A stretch of 64,000 nt of DNA, taken from assembly GCA_951406725.2 (NCBI GenBank), contig OX597829.1, positions 43,028,001 to 43,092,000 of the forward strand, read 5' to 3'. A model generated the notes under the pieces. That model was not told where the DNA came from. It worked only from the letters and a program-made list of their open reading frames with translations, and made no database searches. Shown in pieces: positions 11,333 through 26,224 of the stretch (position 1 is the first letter of the stretch; each line of letters opens with the position of its first letter). This DNA comes from Octopus vulgaris (Eukaryota). The position numbers were made by a program, and so were the translations under genes.

Positions 11333-12658
11333 ATCAACCTGTCTGTCTCTCTATCTATCTATATATCATTTTGTTTCAGTCATTAGACTGCAGCCATGCT
11401 GGGTCATCGCCTTGAAGAAATTTTAGACGAATGAATCGACCCTAGGACTTTTCCCAGAAAATAGAGATACTTAGACGTCATAATGGTATGCATTTAGTCT
11501 TGCAGTCAAATTAGGCTCAGGAAGGCAGGGAATTTTTTCAGCATGTTGGAATCAGGATTGAACTGATCTGTTCCTTTGATATTTATCAATTCATCACATG
11601 TGGTCTCTTCAATGGTTATAGCTATTACAAAGGAGATAATCATTTCGCCTTAGTACGAGGCAGGATGAGAAATTTCAAATTGATGCCAAGAAATTATAAA
11701 GAAAAGGATGCATAAAATTTACATATATATTTCATGTTAACTTAATATGAAAGTTTTAAAATGTCTGACAATTGGTAATCATGCAAAGTACTATTTGATT
11801 CTTTTTAGAAACCAACAGCATGATACACGTTGGGATTTATTAATCAACTTTTTTATGATGTGAGCTATTTTATTAAACATAGAAATTATTAAGGTCTGGG
11901 GAATGTGCATGGATTTACTTTTCATCATAGAGTGTTAGTAAATTAGAAATGGACTAGAAAGTTTTAAACTGTTTCCATGGAATTCTACCATATATTAATG
12001 TTTTGTAGTAGCTAATAGCCTTAACTTTAACTGCAAAAAACTTTACATGTAATTTCCCAATGTATTCTGTGCAGAAAGGACAATCGCTTCGAGCTATTAT
12101 GTTTCAGTGATATTCCGTAGTGCGTGTCATGGAACAGACAGCGACTCATAAGCACATACGCTTTGACCGCTTCTTCAGGTTTCATTAAACACGTTCTGAC
12201 GAGATGTATTAACAATAGGACATTTAAACAAAATTGTGTCTCAGTTCAACTCGTTCACATAATGCTTCAAGGACGACAACCTGATAAATATTACTTGAGC
12301 ATATTACTAGCGTAATGAATAAATATAACATAACACAAAATGAAGTCATATCACTCTTTGTTTAATCTTGCTACTAAGTTCCAAAAAGTGCACACGTGTA
12401 CTATATTTTACATCGAGACTAAATACATACAGATATGAGCCTACATATATATTCATTTATAACACACGATTAATGGTACTGTGATAACACTTGAAAAACT
12501 TTTACTACATTATTTGATATGGGCTGTTGCTATAAGGTTTTTTACGAGTAAAAAAATATATAAAATAGTAAAACTACGTGTGAAGAAATATAAACCAAAC
12601 TAATCAAACACTATAGTATAATAAGTACACACAAAATTTAACAGGAATAGATATCTGT

Positions 12659-14790
12659 TTATTGACCTGGCAGAATCAACTTGGGCATAATGCATAAACT
12701 CTCTTGAAAATCTTTGTTCACCTTCATAACAGAATGTAGCTTCTTACGTCTTCCATGGTTTTCAACGAGCTTTAGCATCCAGTCCTTAGATGTTTCAAGA
12801 TATTTTGCCAGTCGAATTGTAGTGGTTTTGTAGGAGATTTTAAGTTGGATCAAGCCTTGATCTCCTTCAGCTCTGGGTGGGTAAAGACGATCTGCGTCTG
12901 CATTTGGGTGGTGCATCTTATTGCAAGTCAGCAAATCACTGAATTTCGTGTCAATCTTCCATATTTTGCTCATATTCCAGTTGAATACATTGAAACTGTA
13001 AATAATAAACGGAACTGCTAAGGAAGTTTTAGCTAACGCCTTGTTACGAGCATTTACCTCGGATTTTAGGACTGCTCGAACTCTCTTGTGACACTCCTTC
13101 CTGATCTTCTCTTTCATACTTGCATGTTGAATGCCAGAGCCTTCATTTATTCCGAGTTATTTGTAAGCTTGTTCCTGCTCAAATTCTTTTATGACTGTCA
13201 GCATCCAACACCACTGAATGTGAGGTCTTCAGTTTCCCTTTCTGGAAAGTGGCCTTGGTACATTTATCAAGACGAAATTTAATCCCGATGTCATCACCGA
13301 ATGCTTTCACAGTACGTAGTCATTATCGTCTTTGCCATAGTTTTAAGTCATTCATATAAAATAGGTGACTCAGTTCCTTGTCGCCAATTTTATATCCATA
13401 CCATTTTCTGTTAAGTTCACTTATAAGGGTTATTAGGGCTATGCAGAAAATTAAAGGTGAAAGTGTGTTACCTTGGAAAATTCCGCAGTTGATATTAATA
13501 TTTTTTGTGGTCTGTACTCCATTAGAGTGATATATTTGGAGATACGTTTACCACATTGACATGTGCTTCAGGAAGTTTGAAATTACCAGAGAAATATTGA
13601 AGATATCCAGCGATTTCAAGATCCATGAATGCCGTATTCTGTCAAAGGCCTTTTTATAATCAATCCATGCAGAACTGAGATTTCTGCATTTGTTATGGCA
13701 GTTCTCAAGGATCATGCGATTGAAGAAAGAGTTGGTCTTTGCACCCATATGAGCCTCGTCTACACCCTTTTTGTTCAGTGAGGAAAATATCGTTCTGTTC
13801 CATAAATTTGTGTTTTCTTCACGAGGATGGATGTTGAAATATTATACGTAGTAGATAGACATGGTATGGGGCGATAGTTCTGGGGAAATTTCGTTTAATT
13901 ATTTTCGGGAGTAGATAAGTAATGCCTCTTGCTAACAATTCACGTATTTTCGTAGAATCTCTCATAATTTCATTATGAGAGAGGCGTAGGAGTGGCTGTG
14001 TGGTAAGTAGCTTGCTTACCAACCACATGGTTCCGGGTTCAGTCCCACTGCGTGGCACCTTGGGCAAGTGTCTTCTACTATAGCTTCTGGCTGACCAAAG
14101 CCTTGTGAGTGGATTTGGTAGACGGAAACTAAAAGAAGCCCGTCATATATATGTATATAGATATGTATGTGTGTGTATATGTTTGTGTATCTGTGTTTGT
14201 TTCCCCAACTTCGCTTGACAACCGATGCTGGTGTGTTTACGTCCTCGTAACATAGCGGTTCGGCAAAAGAGACCGATAGAATAAGTACTAGGCTTACAAA
14301 GAATAAGTCTTGGGGTCGATTTGGTCGACTAAAGGCGGTGCTCCAGCATGACCACAGTCAAATGACTGAAACAAGAAAAAGAGTAAAAGAGAATAACTAG
14401 ACTAACGCTTCGTGTGCTCACGGGATCGTGGCGAGCTAGAAATTTGTCACCCTATCGTTACCTAGGGGATTTCCACTTATGAGCCTTCGTGAGTGTCATC
14501 CTTAGGCCTGCTATTGTGATGTCTTCCCATGCTTTTTCTGGTAAATTTTGCTAGGATCCTTCTGTGTGTCTAATCCAGTCTGCATTTCCATTAGTAAGTC
14601 TTTTCATTAATTCAGATATTTTTTCCAGAAGTTTTCAACTTCTTTCATGGAAAGGGATGAGTCTTCAACGGATATATTTTCTCCTTTCCTATTTCTCTGT
14701 AGAATGTTTTCGCATTCGTTTATCTCAAATCTTCGTATTCTTTGAGATTTTGCTTGGACGTTTTGCTGCAGTGTTTCTTTTGCTGAAAGC
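12659..14790 (-). mobile_element. Decayed R4/Dong-type non-LTR retrotransposon (RT region), interrupted by SINE A
   Basis: AWIDYKKAFD, GIFQG.TLSPL, HLFYMNDL, MKEKIRKEC.KRVRAVLKSE, MHHP; homologous to 30699-32581, with many stops and frameshifts. Confidence 0.9.
13982..14392 (+). mobile_element. SINE family A nested in the Dong-type LINE
   Basis: Near-consensus full-length copy that splits the RT remnant. Confidence 0.93.
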
Positions 14791-14872
14791 AGTTGTTGTT
14801 GTTGTTGTTGTTGTTGCTGTTGTTCTTGTTCTTGTTCTTCTTGTTCTTCTTGTTCTTGTGCTTCTTCTTCTT

Positions 14873-14956
<84 letters not shown>

Positions 14957-14974
14957 TATTATTATTTTTTTATA

Positions 14975-15533
14975 TGCCTAATGCACCTACTATGATAGGA
15001 ATTGTTTCTGTTTTCAGATTCCACATTCTAGTTACCTCTATTTCCAGGTCTTTGTATTTTGAGAGTTTCTCCATTTCTTTTAGAGACACGTTGTCATCTG
15101 CCGGTATTGATACATCAATTAAAAAGCATTTTTTTCTTCATGATCTCTGACAACTATATCTGGTCTGTTGGCCTTAATTTCTCTATCTGTGTGTATCGGC
15201 ATATCCCAGAGTATGGTTGCTTTCTCGTTTTCTGTGACCTTTTCTGGTGTGTGCCTATACCATCTTTTTTCTGTTGTTATTCCATAATGTTGGCATAGCT
15301 TCCAATGTATGTAGGTTCCAACTCTGTCATGTCTGTGAATATATTCCTTCTTAGCCAGGACTGGGCAGCTAGAGATAATATGATTTATTGTTTCTTGTCC
15401 ATCTCCACATATTCTGCAGTTACTTGTAATATTTCTTTTCATTACATGTTTTTGGTAATTTCTGGTGGGGAGGCTTTGGTCTTGTGCTGCAATTAAAAAT
15501 CCCTCTGTTTCTGCTTTGAGTCCTGAGCTTCTC
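14975..15533 (-). mobile_element. R4/Dong-type LINE fragment (CCHC knuckle plus REL endonuclease), different subfamily
   Basis: LKAETEGFLIAAQDQSL, CRIC..ETINHIISSC, RHD, ILWD..TDREIKANRPDIV; (AAT)n on both sides. Confidence 0.9.
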
Positions 15534-15943
<410 letters not shown>

Positions 15944-16541
15944 TATCCATACATATCGTACATCACTCCCGTTTGTTCGTTATTAATCCTGTTGTTACAT
16001 AACGTTACATATTGACCATTTGTTATCGTTTTGTAGTTAGACAAACAGGGAGCCGTTTTTTTCTCGCTCTAGAGCACCCCACCACCACCACCACACACAC
16101 AAGCCTCTACTAAATCTACTCACAAGCCTTTGGATGATGAGGTGACACACGTAGTAGGACTGAACCCGGATCCATTGGATTGTGAGGCAAATATCAGAAC
16201 TACGGGTAGAGTTCGTTGTGTCGCAATGCAAATCACTTCATTTCAACTTGTCTCAGTTTACTCAGCGGAAAATGAGCCCTAGTTCATTACTGGTGCAGCC
16301 CTTTCTCACAGAGGATCTCTCCCTCTTTCCATTTGTTACATCACATATTTTGGCCTGAGACAACGCTGAGTGTCTATATTTCCTCGCGACTATATTAGCA
16401 CCTAAAACGATTTGCGAAAACATGGTCAATGCTTTCATGTCATTAGAACTTGAAAAAAAACGACAGGTATTGGCGGGGAGGCTTATTGCACACATGCATT
16501 CTCGCATAACAGAATGAAAATATAGACACATACACACATAT

Positions 16542-16958
16542 ACTCTTTACTTTCTTTTACTCTTTTACTTGTTTCAGTCATTTGACTGCGGTCATGCTGG
16601 AGCACTGCCTTTAGTCGATCAAACCGACCCCGGGACTTATTCTTTGTAAGCCCAGTACTTATTCTATCGGTCTCTTTTGCCGAACCGCTAGTTGACGGGG
16701 ACGTAAACACACCAGCATCGGTTGTCAAGCAATGCTAGGGGGACAGACACACAAACCCACATACACACACATAAATATAAATATATACATATATACGACA
16801 GGCTTCTTTCAGTTTCTGTCTACCAAATCCACTCAGAAGGCATTGGTCGGCCCGGGGCTATAGCAGAAGACACTTGCCCAAGATGCCACGCAGTGGGACT
16901 GAACCCAGAACCATGTGGTTGGTTAGCAAGCTACTTACCACACAGCCACTCCTGCGCC
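16542..16958 (-). mobile_element. SINE family A
   Basis: Full-length reverse copy. Confidence 0.92.
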
Positions 16959-17253
16959 TATGTATGTATATTTATATACACTCACACACATAAATAAGGT
17001 TCAGGTTAAACACTTTTAGCATGTTATGCAAAACTCGTCCTCTTTCTCTGATCACTGCCGAAACATACTTTCTCTACTTTCACTCTCAGAATCAGCTTTA
17101 ACGTCTACGCCCCACTTTTCATCCCTATGATCTCGTTCTCTGGAATTCCCCTTCTCTCATTGTCTTTATTTTACTTCAGTTTTATACACACAAATAGACA
17201 CACTCATGCAAAACTCAGATGCACACACATATATCCCCACATCAGTATATTTG

Positions 17254-17353
<100 letters not shown>

Positions 17354-17585
17354 AGGCGGCGAGCTGGCAGAATCGTTAGCACGCCGGGCGAAATGCGTAG
17401 CCGTATTTCGTCTGCCGTTACGTTCTGAGTTCAAATTCCGCCGAGGTCGACTTTGCCTTTCATCCTTTCGGGGTCGATAAATTAAGTACCAGTTACGCAC
17501 TGGGGTCGATGTAATCGACTTAATCCGTTTGTCTGTCCTTGTTTGTCCTCTCTGTGTTTAGCCCTTTGTGGGTAGTAAAGAAATA
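17354..17585 (+). mobile_element. tRNA-derived SINE family B (full length, Tx1-like tail)
   Basis: GGCGGCGAGCTGGCAGAATCG (A-box-like), GAGTTCAAATTC (B-box-like), GCCTTTCATCCTTTCGGGGTCGATAAATTAAGTACCAG, tail TGTGTTTAGCCC..TGTGGGTAGTAAAGAAATA; more than 15 related copies. Confidence 0.92.
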
Positions 17586-19046
17586 TATATATATATATAC
17601 AAACACGCACTCATGGGTATTCCGAATCATCCATACACACAAACATACACGCATACACGCACACAGACACACGCATACACGCACACAGACACACACGCAC
17701 ACGCAGACACACATAGGCATTAGGGAAAAATCGCTACGTCATTAGTTCTATCACTTGCGCCTGTGTGCCATATTCTTTGCAATATTATCGGGTAATTCCC
17801 TTCAAGTTCGTTCTTTAACTAGTTCTAGTGCCAGAATACACAGACTAGACATGGAAAGAACAGTTCCTTTTCCTCTCTTAAACACACACACTCCAACACA
17901 CACACACACATTACTTTAAAAAAAAATCTGTTAACCTTTTTGGCCAAGGAACACTTAGCAGAAAAGATAACGTAGAATATCTTACACCCTCATATGTACA
18001 AAAAGTTCAGAATATCTACCCTACTACTCTTTCTTTTTATTATTTTTTTTTCAGGCTATAATTTGAAAAATAATGATACCCATAAGTAAATTTTCCATAT
18101 CTCATCTATATTTCCATATTCAAACATCAGCGGGAAGAAAGAACGTGACAGTCGTATATAACAGATTAAATTCAATTTATCTTACATCAGTTTTCGGTAA
18201 AAGCCATTTTATAAAAGATTTATAGTCCTCGATGACATACACATTCTAATCCTAGGATGATCCGATTCGTTCCATTCCTCAATAGAAAAATATGCGTTCT
18301 CTTCTCCAACACCACCGCCACCACCATCACCACCACCACCATCTCCGCCCAGATGCAACGAAATAAACGCCTCGTTCCCAATCAAATCCAACCTTATTTC
18401 TAAAGACACCGAACTCTGCACTCATATTCCGTGTGTGTATGTAAAATCTCTCTCTCGCGCTCTCTCGCTCTCTCGTTCGCGCTCTCCGTCACCGTCTCTT
18501 TCTTTCTACTTTCACTTTCGTTTTCTCTTTACTTCCAAACAAACAAGCAAACACGCACGCACACACATAGAGAAGTTTCCAGAAATGTATCACAGCAACT
18601 ATTGCTGCGAGAAAATCTTTACACACACACACATATGCTTCAAGTTTCTGGTAATGAATCAAATATATAGACACGGCATACGTTTTTGATGTAGGAGGAT
18701 GACTTCTCGTCTATTTAATCTCCCATTTAACCTTAAAAGCATTTGATCGAGTTGTGGATGAGAGTACATACGCAAGTAGGGAGCTGAACTCGATCCGATC
18801 CACTAAATACGCCGGTAGTTTTCCTCCTTCCCTCTTCCCTTCTCTCCCTCATCAACATATTTCAACAACTTTTTTGTTGGTTTTGTTGTTTTTTTTCACC
18901 AATCTTAAGCAAGCGCACATACATTTATGTATATTATATATGTGGCGGTTGCGTGCTTACGTATGTAGATACACTTACATAAATCTACATCTACCACATA
19001 CACACACAGATGCATATATGTGTATATATGCATGTGTGTATGCATG

Positions 19047-19059
<13 letters not shown>

Positions 19060-19094
<35 letters not shown>

Positions 19095-19395
19095 TTATGT
19101 ATGTATTATGTATGTATGTATTATGTATGTATGTATGTATGTACGTATGTATTATGTATGTATGTATGTATATATGTATTATGTACGTATGTATTATGTA
19201 TGTATGTATTATGTATGTATGTATGTATGTATGTATGTATGTATGTATGTATGTATGTATGTATGTATGTATGTATGTATGTATGTATGTATGTATGTAT
19301 GTATGTATGTATGTATGTATGTATGTATTATGTATGTATTATGTACGTATGTATGTATGTATGTATGTATGTATGTATGTATGTATACATATGCA
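19060..19395. repeat. (TATG)n microsatellite
   Basis: Directly visible. Similar tracts at 23401-24270, 29510-29940, 51500-51770 and 56050-56200. Confidence 0.97.
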
Positions 19396-20762
19396 TACAC
19401 ACATAAGCCCACAACTCACGCTAGAAAAACGTAGACATGAAACGACATGTTTATGCATGTGTGTGTTTGTATATGCATCTGAGCATGTATATATATCGAT
19501 AATCTGATCTCTCATCTATAATGTATATTTCGAATCTCTGGTATACAGAGTAAGTAAGCCTACCAAAATGGGAAAGAAAAAAAAACAACAACAACAAAGA
19601 AAAGAATAGAGACGAACTAAGAAAGAAAGGAAAGAAGCAAAATTCAAGGAAAGAAGTAAAGAAGAGAAAGAAGAAAAGAATGCAAGCAAAGGTAATAGAA
19701 AAAAAGAGAAAGCAGAAGTAACGAAAGAAGGAAACAGTAAAAGGAATAATTTATAAAACGAAAAGAAAATTAAAAAGAAAATTCTCCAAAGGCCTATAAA
19801 AGTATTTCTAAATAAAATTACCAGGTTGTAAAGAGCGTTTTTTAATGGTGTTTTTTTTCTTTCCGTATATGTTATTAAATATATAGCTTTAGTATTTCAT
19901 TCTCAAATAATCCAGTTTTTTTTTTTATATATATGTCAGTCGGGATATATATATAATATGTCCGTAGCTTTTTAAAGTCCCCCTGGAACCAGTAAAAAGA
20001 TGAAATCATAAAATTATTAATGTTTTCATAACTCAGACAGAAGACTGAATTTTTCCATGGGAAAATATTGTCGGTTCTATCGATTGAATCCACTGTGTTT
20101 TATCACCCCTTGTCCCCGAGGGAGTGAAAACAGTAACAACTGCGTGAGATTTCGACTATTGTTTATGAAAACTTGGCCCCGTTCTGTAATATCATAAATA
20201 AGCAGTATATAAGAAATTCTTTGGAAGGGCATTTAATTCGCTTGAAACCCTTTCTCATAATCCATCCCGTTATTAATATTATTAATGTTCCGCTCATCAT
20301 CCATTCCACTATAATATTTTCGTTGCAGCCGTAATATTTCATTTAGAACATTATATGTATAAACATACAGACATATATACTTGCATGTACTTATATCTGT
20401 CTGTTTTTACGTATGCATCTACATAGGCATACGGTTATTCTAAAGTACATTTGGCATTATTATGAATCGGCTGAATCCAGAATTTATTTGAGGATTTTTT
20501 GAGTTTCTTAATATATATTTTTAACTCCATATCTTTGTTCTCCTTCATACATTCCTATTCCATTTATTAATCATTCCGATTTCATTGAGAACCATAGCTC
20601 GGAGTTTCTAGGGTAGTTGGTCTAATAACCATGTCATTTATGGTGCCATCCATCCGGATCACCTCGGGCAGATGAAACAGACATTCGTTACCAAATTAAC
20701 AGCATTACCATTCCACCTTTAGGAGAATAAATACATTTTAGTATTTATTACTAGATAGTTTA

Positions 20763-21993
20763 TTGGGTGTTCGGGTTAAATATGATAGTATATAAAGTGT
20801 TCGGGTATATATGACAATCTACATAAAAAGAAAAGAAAGTACGATATCGCATCCAAAAATGAAAGTATTTTGAAAAATCAAAACATGAACAGATTATGTC
20901 TGGTAGATAACAGTTTACTCAAGGTAGCCACCCTTGGTTTTCACCACGGTGTCAGGACATTTCCAGATCTTAGTCCATCCGTTCTTCAATGTATTTCTGA
21001 GAACTTCAAACACCTTTTTACCTTGGCCACAGATTCAACCTTCGGACTGCGGGAAAAAACGGTTGGCATCAATCTCAATCGCACCCAAAACATAGTAGTA
21101 ACCTATGGAATTACAATCGGCGGAATTAGGACGCCAGAAATTTGGGCTGGTGAAGTCGTAGAAATTTTTCGATAATCACTTCTGATTTTTTCCGTAGGTA
21201 TGGCAAAGAGACGATTCCTGCTGACACATTCATATGCCCTTCCACATAGTTGCCCGAGTAGTGGAGGCGCAATGGCCCAGTGGTTAGGGCAGCGGACTCG
21301 CGGTCGTAGGATCGCGGTTTCGATTCCCAGACCGGGCGTTGTGAGTGTTTATTGAGCGAAAACACCTAAAAGTTCCACGAGACTCCGGCAGGGGATGGTG
21401 GTGATCCCTGCTGTATCCTTTCACCACAACTTTCTCTCACTCTTTCTTCCTGTTTCTGTTGTACCTGTATTTCAAAGGGCCGGCCTTGTCACTCTCTGTG
21501 TCACGCTGAATATCCCCGAGAACTACGTTGAGGGTACACGTGTCTGTGGAGTGCTCAGCCACGTACACGTTAATTTCACGAGCAGGCTGTTCCGTTGGTC
21601 GGATCAACCAGAACCCTCCTCGCCGTAACCGATGGAGAGCTTCCATATATAGTTGCCCGAGTCGTGCGTAAGAGCCTCTTTAAAGACGTACAGCAGCATG
21701 ACGTCATCCTCACTGAAGGTACACCCAACAGCCATCAGAGTTTGGGGCAACTTGGTTACAGTGTTCATAGTGCATCGAGCAACAATAATGATGTCATAAT
21801 GTCGGCATTTTGACACCCGGCATGAATCATCGTGATTCAGTTAAACCTTTCCCAATATTCCAGTCAGTTTACTTTTTTCTCAACTTCAACTTTAATCTCC
21901 ATGCTCTCCAATGTCGTTGAATTTTCACCAATATATCAAGTTGTTTCTGATTAAAGGAGGCAAGTGATCGTTAAATTTAGACCGAACATCCTG
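20763..21993 (-). mobile_element. Decayed maT/DD37D-like Tc1/mariner element
   Basis: Minus-strand remnants QQESSLCH and SPNFWRPNSADCNS, ending KGGYLE*. TIR-like ends TA-CAGGATGTTCGGTCTAAATT (21993, reverse) and TA-TTGGGTGTTCGGGTTAAAT (20763). Confidence 0.7.
21260..21648 (+). mobile_element. tRNA-derived SINE family C with 14-bp TSD
   Basis: A box TGGCCCAGTGG, B box GTTTCGATTCC; TSD ATAGTTGCCCGAGT at 21246-21259 and 21649-21662; near-identical copy at 38619-39005. Confidence 0.92.
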
Positions 21994-22031
<38 letters not shown>

Positions 22032-22185
22032 CAGGTTGGAGCAATCTCAAGATTAATCAGCCGAAATTGCGAAGATGATCCGGTTCTTGACTGATGACTG
22101 AGGGCTTCGAATGTCCCGTCCTGTGGTTCTTGTGTCGTCTTCTAGGTGTTTCACGTTCTTGTCCCAGTTTGTATATATTTTTTAC

Positions 22186-22222
<37 letters not shown>

Positions 22223-22227
<5 letters not shown>

Positions 22228-23350
22228 GTGATGGGAAAATTGTCGCCATTTTATATTTTTAATTTCGCACATGGTCATTGTTTGTTTTTTTTATTTAGTC
22301 AACAACACAATATAGTAGGGTCTGTTGGGCACGGTCAGTGAGGAAAACAGCATCATGACGCAAATCACTCTGCCAGAAATCTAGAAACGACATGCTGTAC
22401 TATCTTGGCATTGGCGCCGGAAGCTCCACTACGAACTTCTCAGAGTACTTGGGTGTCAATCTGAAGACAGTGCAGAGGATTCAGAAAGAGTTGGATGAGT
22501 CTAATGATAACTGCGAAGATATGGCAGCTCGGAAAAACTTACTCCGATCATTCTGATGAGTAAAGAACTCCTGAATTTGTTGGTGAGATACAAGCCATGA
22601 TTGACAACGATCCCTCCAAGTCAGTCAGGTCCATTGCCAGGGAACATGGGAGTGTGTCTGAGTTTCTTATCGGGCATGTAGTGCACGAAGACATTTAGTG
22701 GGGCCCAATTTTTATCCCAAGCCGTCAAGGAGAAGAGGGAAGACCGCACTACGAAGTTTTTGAACAAACTCAAGCAACCCCTCCAACCAAACGTCTTTTG
22801 GTTTTCTCAGACGAGAAATATTTTTGCCAGGATCAGATTGTGAACACACAAAATAACCGTTACCGAGAGTGATAGAAATCAAACATCCAGTCAAGATCAT
22901 GGTGTTTGGAAATGATCACTAGTGATGGCGACGTTATGCTTGCGTTCATCTTCCCACACGGCCTCAGTCTCAACACGGAGGCCTACATCAAGTGCCTGGA
23001 GGAGGTAATGCTGCCCTGGGTGAAGACGGTAGCTGCTGGAAGGTCCTAGGTCTGGCAACAGGATTCTGCACCATGTCACGGAAGCAGAAGAAACAAGTCA
23101 TGGCTGTCAGACAATTTCTGCGACCACACCACTCCTCCTAACATCCGGTTACCTACCTCCCTAGACTGCAACTCCCCATCATTATTATATGTGGGGGCGC
23201 AGTTGAGTGAGAGGCCAACAAAATTTCTTGTAACAAGGAAGATGAACTGAAGGCAAAGATTATGGCAGCATTCAACAACTTAAGCAAGGAGATCGTCCAG
23301 AAGAGGGGCAGGAGATTCCGAAGTCGTCTCGAGTTAGTGCTACAGCATGG
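22223..23350 (+). mobile_element. Decayed maT/DD37D-like transposase copy
   Basis: IMVFG..TSDGDVM..IFPHGL..NTEAYIKCLEEV.LPW, VWQQDSAPCH, SLDCN, ELKAKIMAAF..RRFRSRLE; frameshifts and stops; begins TA-GGGTG after (TA)n. Confidence 0.85.
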
Positions 23351-25516
23351 CCACATTTCGTGGCTGAGGCTAATAGTTAGAAAAATTATGTAAGGTAGAG
23401 ATGTATGTATGCATGTATGTATGTATGTATGTATGTACGTACGTACGTACGTACGTATGTATGTATGTATGTATGTATGTATGTATGTATGTATGTATGT
23501 TTGTATGTATGTATGTATGTATGTATGTATGTATGTATGTATGTGTGTGTGCGTGTGCAGATGTGCGTGCATGTGTGTGTGAATATATTTGTATGCATGT
23601 ATGAATTATGTATGTGTGTATGTATTTATGTATGTATGTAGTTAAATATGTACTTATGTAGGCAAGTATGAATGTATATAAATATGCATGTATATGTGTG
23701 TGTAAGCATATATGTAAGAATGTATGCATGTATGTACGTATGTTTGTATGTGTATTTGAATACATGTTTATTTGTATGTATGTTCGTGTGTGTGTGCATG
23801 TATATATGATTTTATGTATGCATGAAAGTATTTATTTGTGTATGTATATTTGTATATATGTATTTATGTAAGTATGTAGGTATGTGTGTATGTAAGTAGG
23901 TATACATGTATTTATGTATGGGTGTATGTCGGTATATATGCTTTTGTTTGCATGTGTGAATGTATGTATGTATGTGTACGTATCTGTTCGTATGTATTTA
24001 TGTATGTGTCTGTCTGTCTGTGTGTCTGTCTGTCTGTCTGTCTGTCTGTATGTATGTATGTATGTATTTACGTATGTATGTATGTATGTATGTATGCATG
24101 TATGTATGTATTTATGTATGTATGTATGTATTTATGTATGTATGTATGTATGTATGTATGGATGGATGGATGGATGTATGTATGTATGTGTGCATGTATG
24201 TATGTTTGTATGTATGTATGTATGTATGTATGTATGGATGGATGTATGAATGTATGTATGTATGTATGTATATTTGCATGCATGTTTTTAAGTGTGTGTG
24301 TGCATGTGTGTGTAGAATCGTTTATTTATTTAATCCGTAGCTCTCTACCATTTCTCTTGTTTATTTGTTCTGTCATCATCATCATCATCGGTCTCCATAC
24401 TACCACCTCCTCCACCGACGACGACGACGACAAACAATAATAATGGCGGCGGGGGGAGGGAGCGATAACGACACTAACGGCATCACCGGCACCGTCGTTA
24501 CAACCACCTTCCATACGATCAGGCACTAACTCGACTTCAAAACATGCTTAAAATACCCTGCTTAATAACCGAAAGGACGTGGTCTTTGTGTCGATTTGCG
24601 ATTATTTAGCAGAGAGATCACAGAAATACCACAAGATGTGGGATTTCTGATGCGATTTCAAAAAATATTTATCTTCTTTTATTTATTTCATACTATTCTT
24701 ATTTAGTTTTTTGTTGTTTTTTTTCATCAAATAATGTTGCCATTGTTTGATAAATTTTCCTTTTCGTTGTCGGTTGTTATTTTTTTTTAAAGTATTTGGT
24801 AATTTTTGCTGGTTTTACTTCTTTTTTTTTCTCATACTAAGTCGGATTAAAGAATATCGAATTAAGTTCCTTTCCAAATGTTTCTTATTTCGATTTCTTT
24901 TAATATTTTTATTTCAAACATTTTAACCTTATATTTTTTTATATAAATTTATTAAATTTTCTTTTCGGTGCGCGTGCGTATGTATAGCAGGAAGGAGAGA
25001 CTTAATATGGCTTCCTTCGTAAATGAATACTTTAGCTCTTCTTCTTCTTCTTCTTCTTCTTCTTCTTCTTCTTCTTCTTCTTCTTCTTCTTCTTCTTCTT
25101 CTCCTTTTTCTTCTTCTCTTTCTTCTCTTACTTCATTTTCATATTCTTTTTCTTCTCCTCTTTTTCCTCCCCTCCCCTCCTCTTCCCCTCTTCCCTTCCT
25201 CCTCTTTCATCATCATCTTTGTCATCTACTGCTGCTCCTCTCCTCTCCTCCTCCTCCTCCTCCTCTTCCTCTCCTCCCTTCACATCCTCCTCCTCCTTCT
25301 TCTCCCTCTCCTTCTCCCTATATTTTAAAAAATTTCCCCCTTATATCCATATGTCTAGAAACTTTCACTTTAAATTTATGAGCATATAACTGTAGAGCTA
25401 TCGTCATCTTATACACATGCACAAGCATGCAAGTAGTTTTATGTAATTCATGAATATACATACATGCATATGTGTGTGTGTGTGTGTGTGATTTCGTACG
25501 TTCGTATGTATGCATG

Positions 25517-25593
<77 letters not shown>

Positions 25594-25721
25594 AGATATG
25601 CATTGCGTCATTATATATGTAGATATATGTATATTTGGACGTATATTTATTTGCTCAGAGATATGTATGTATAGATATGTATACTCATTATTTATGTAAC
25701 ATGTATTTATCATTGTATTTA

Positions 25722-26104
25722 TCTCTCTATATATAAACGGCAGTTTGTCTGTGCGTGTTTCTGTGTGTCTGTTTTCTTGTACCCTCACCCTGACCACGGC
25801 TTTCAACCGATTCTGATGAAACTTGACACACACATAGCCCAATGTCATAATTCAAAACTAACACAGCGAAAATTTTGAAAAGTTCCCCCAGTTCTGAAAA
25901 AAATCGATAAATTCGACATGGGGTCGAGAATCAGAAACACAAACCGCAAATTGTCTAGGGGACGCAACTCCACCATTTTTAACTAAAAAAAAAATTTACC
26001 ATAATTTTTTTCCATTTTTTTGCTATTTTTTGGCTATAACTCTCTAAAAATGCTTTATAGTTATTTCCCTTACAAACCTGAGCAACGCCGGGCGATACTG
26101 CTAG
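25722..26104 (+). mobile_element. Non-autonomous Helitron-like element
   Basis: Starts A|TC (TCTCTCTATATATAAA), ends with a GC-rich hairpin-like CCTGAGCAACGCCGGG then CTAG|T; no TSD. Confidence 0.8.
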
Positions 26105-26161
26105 TCTATATATATATTTGAATATGTATGTGTATATACATATACAGACGTATATATATAG

Positions 26162-26224
<63 letters not shown>

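Noticed and set aside
12150-12320. CTGAAGA/CTGACGA/CTGATAA hammerhead-like starts
   Set aside because: No intact GAAA with matching stems; too degenerate to call.
22030-22180. CTGATGA and CAGCCGAAAT in the islet between (TA)n tracts
   Set aside because: The parts do not assemble into a three-stem hammerhead.
24628-24658. Hairpin CAGAAATACCACA-AGA-TGTGGGATTTCTG as a possible miRNA
   Set aside because: Stem too short and loop only 3 nt for a pre-miRNA.
25813-25822. CTGATGAAAC
   Set aside because: Part of the Helitron-like body; no stem II. CTGATGA at about 22553 (transposase relic) and 38379 was rejected likewise.
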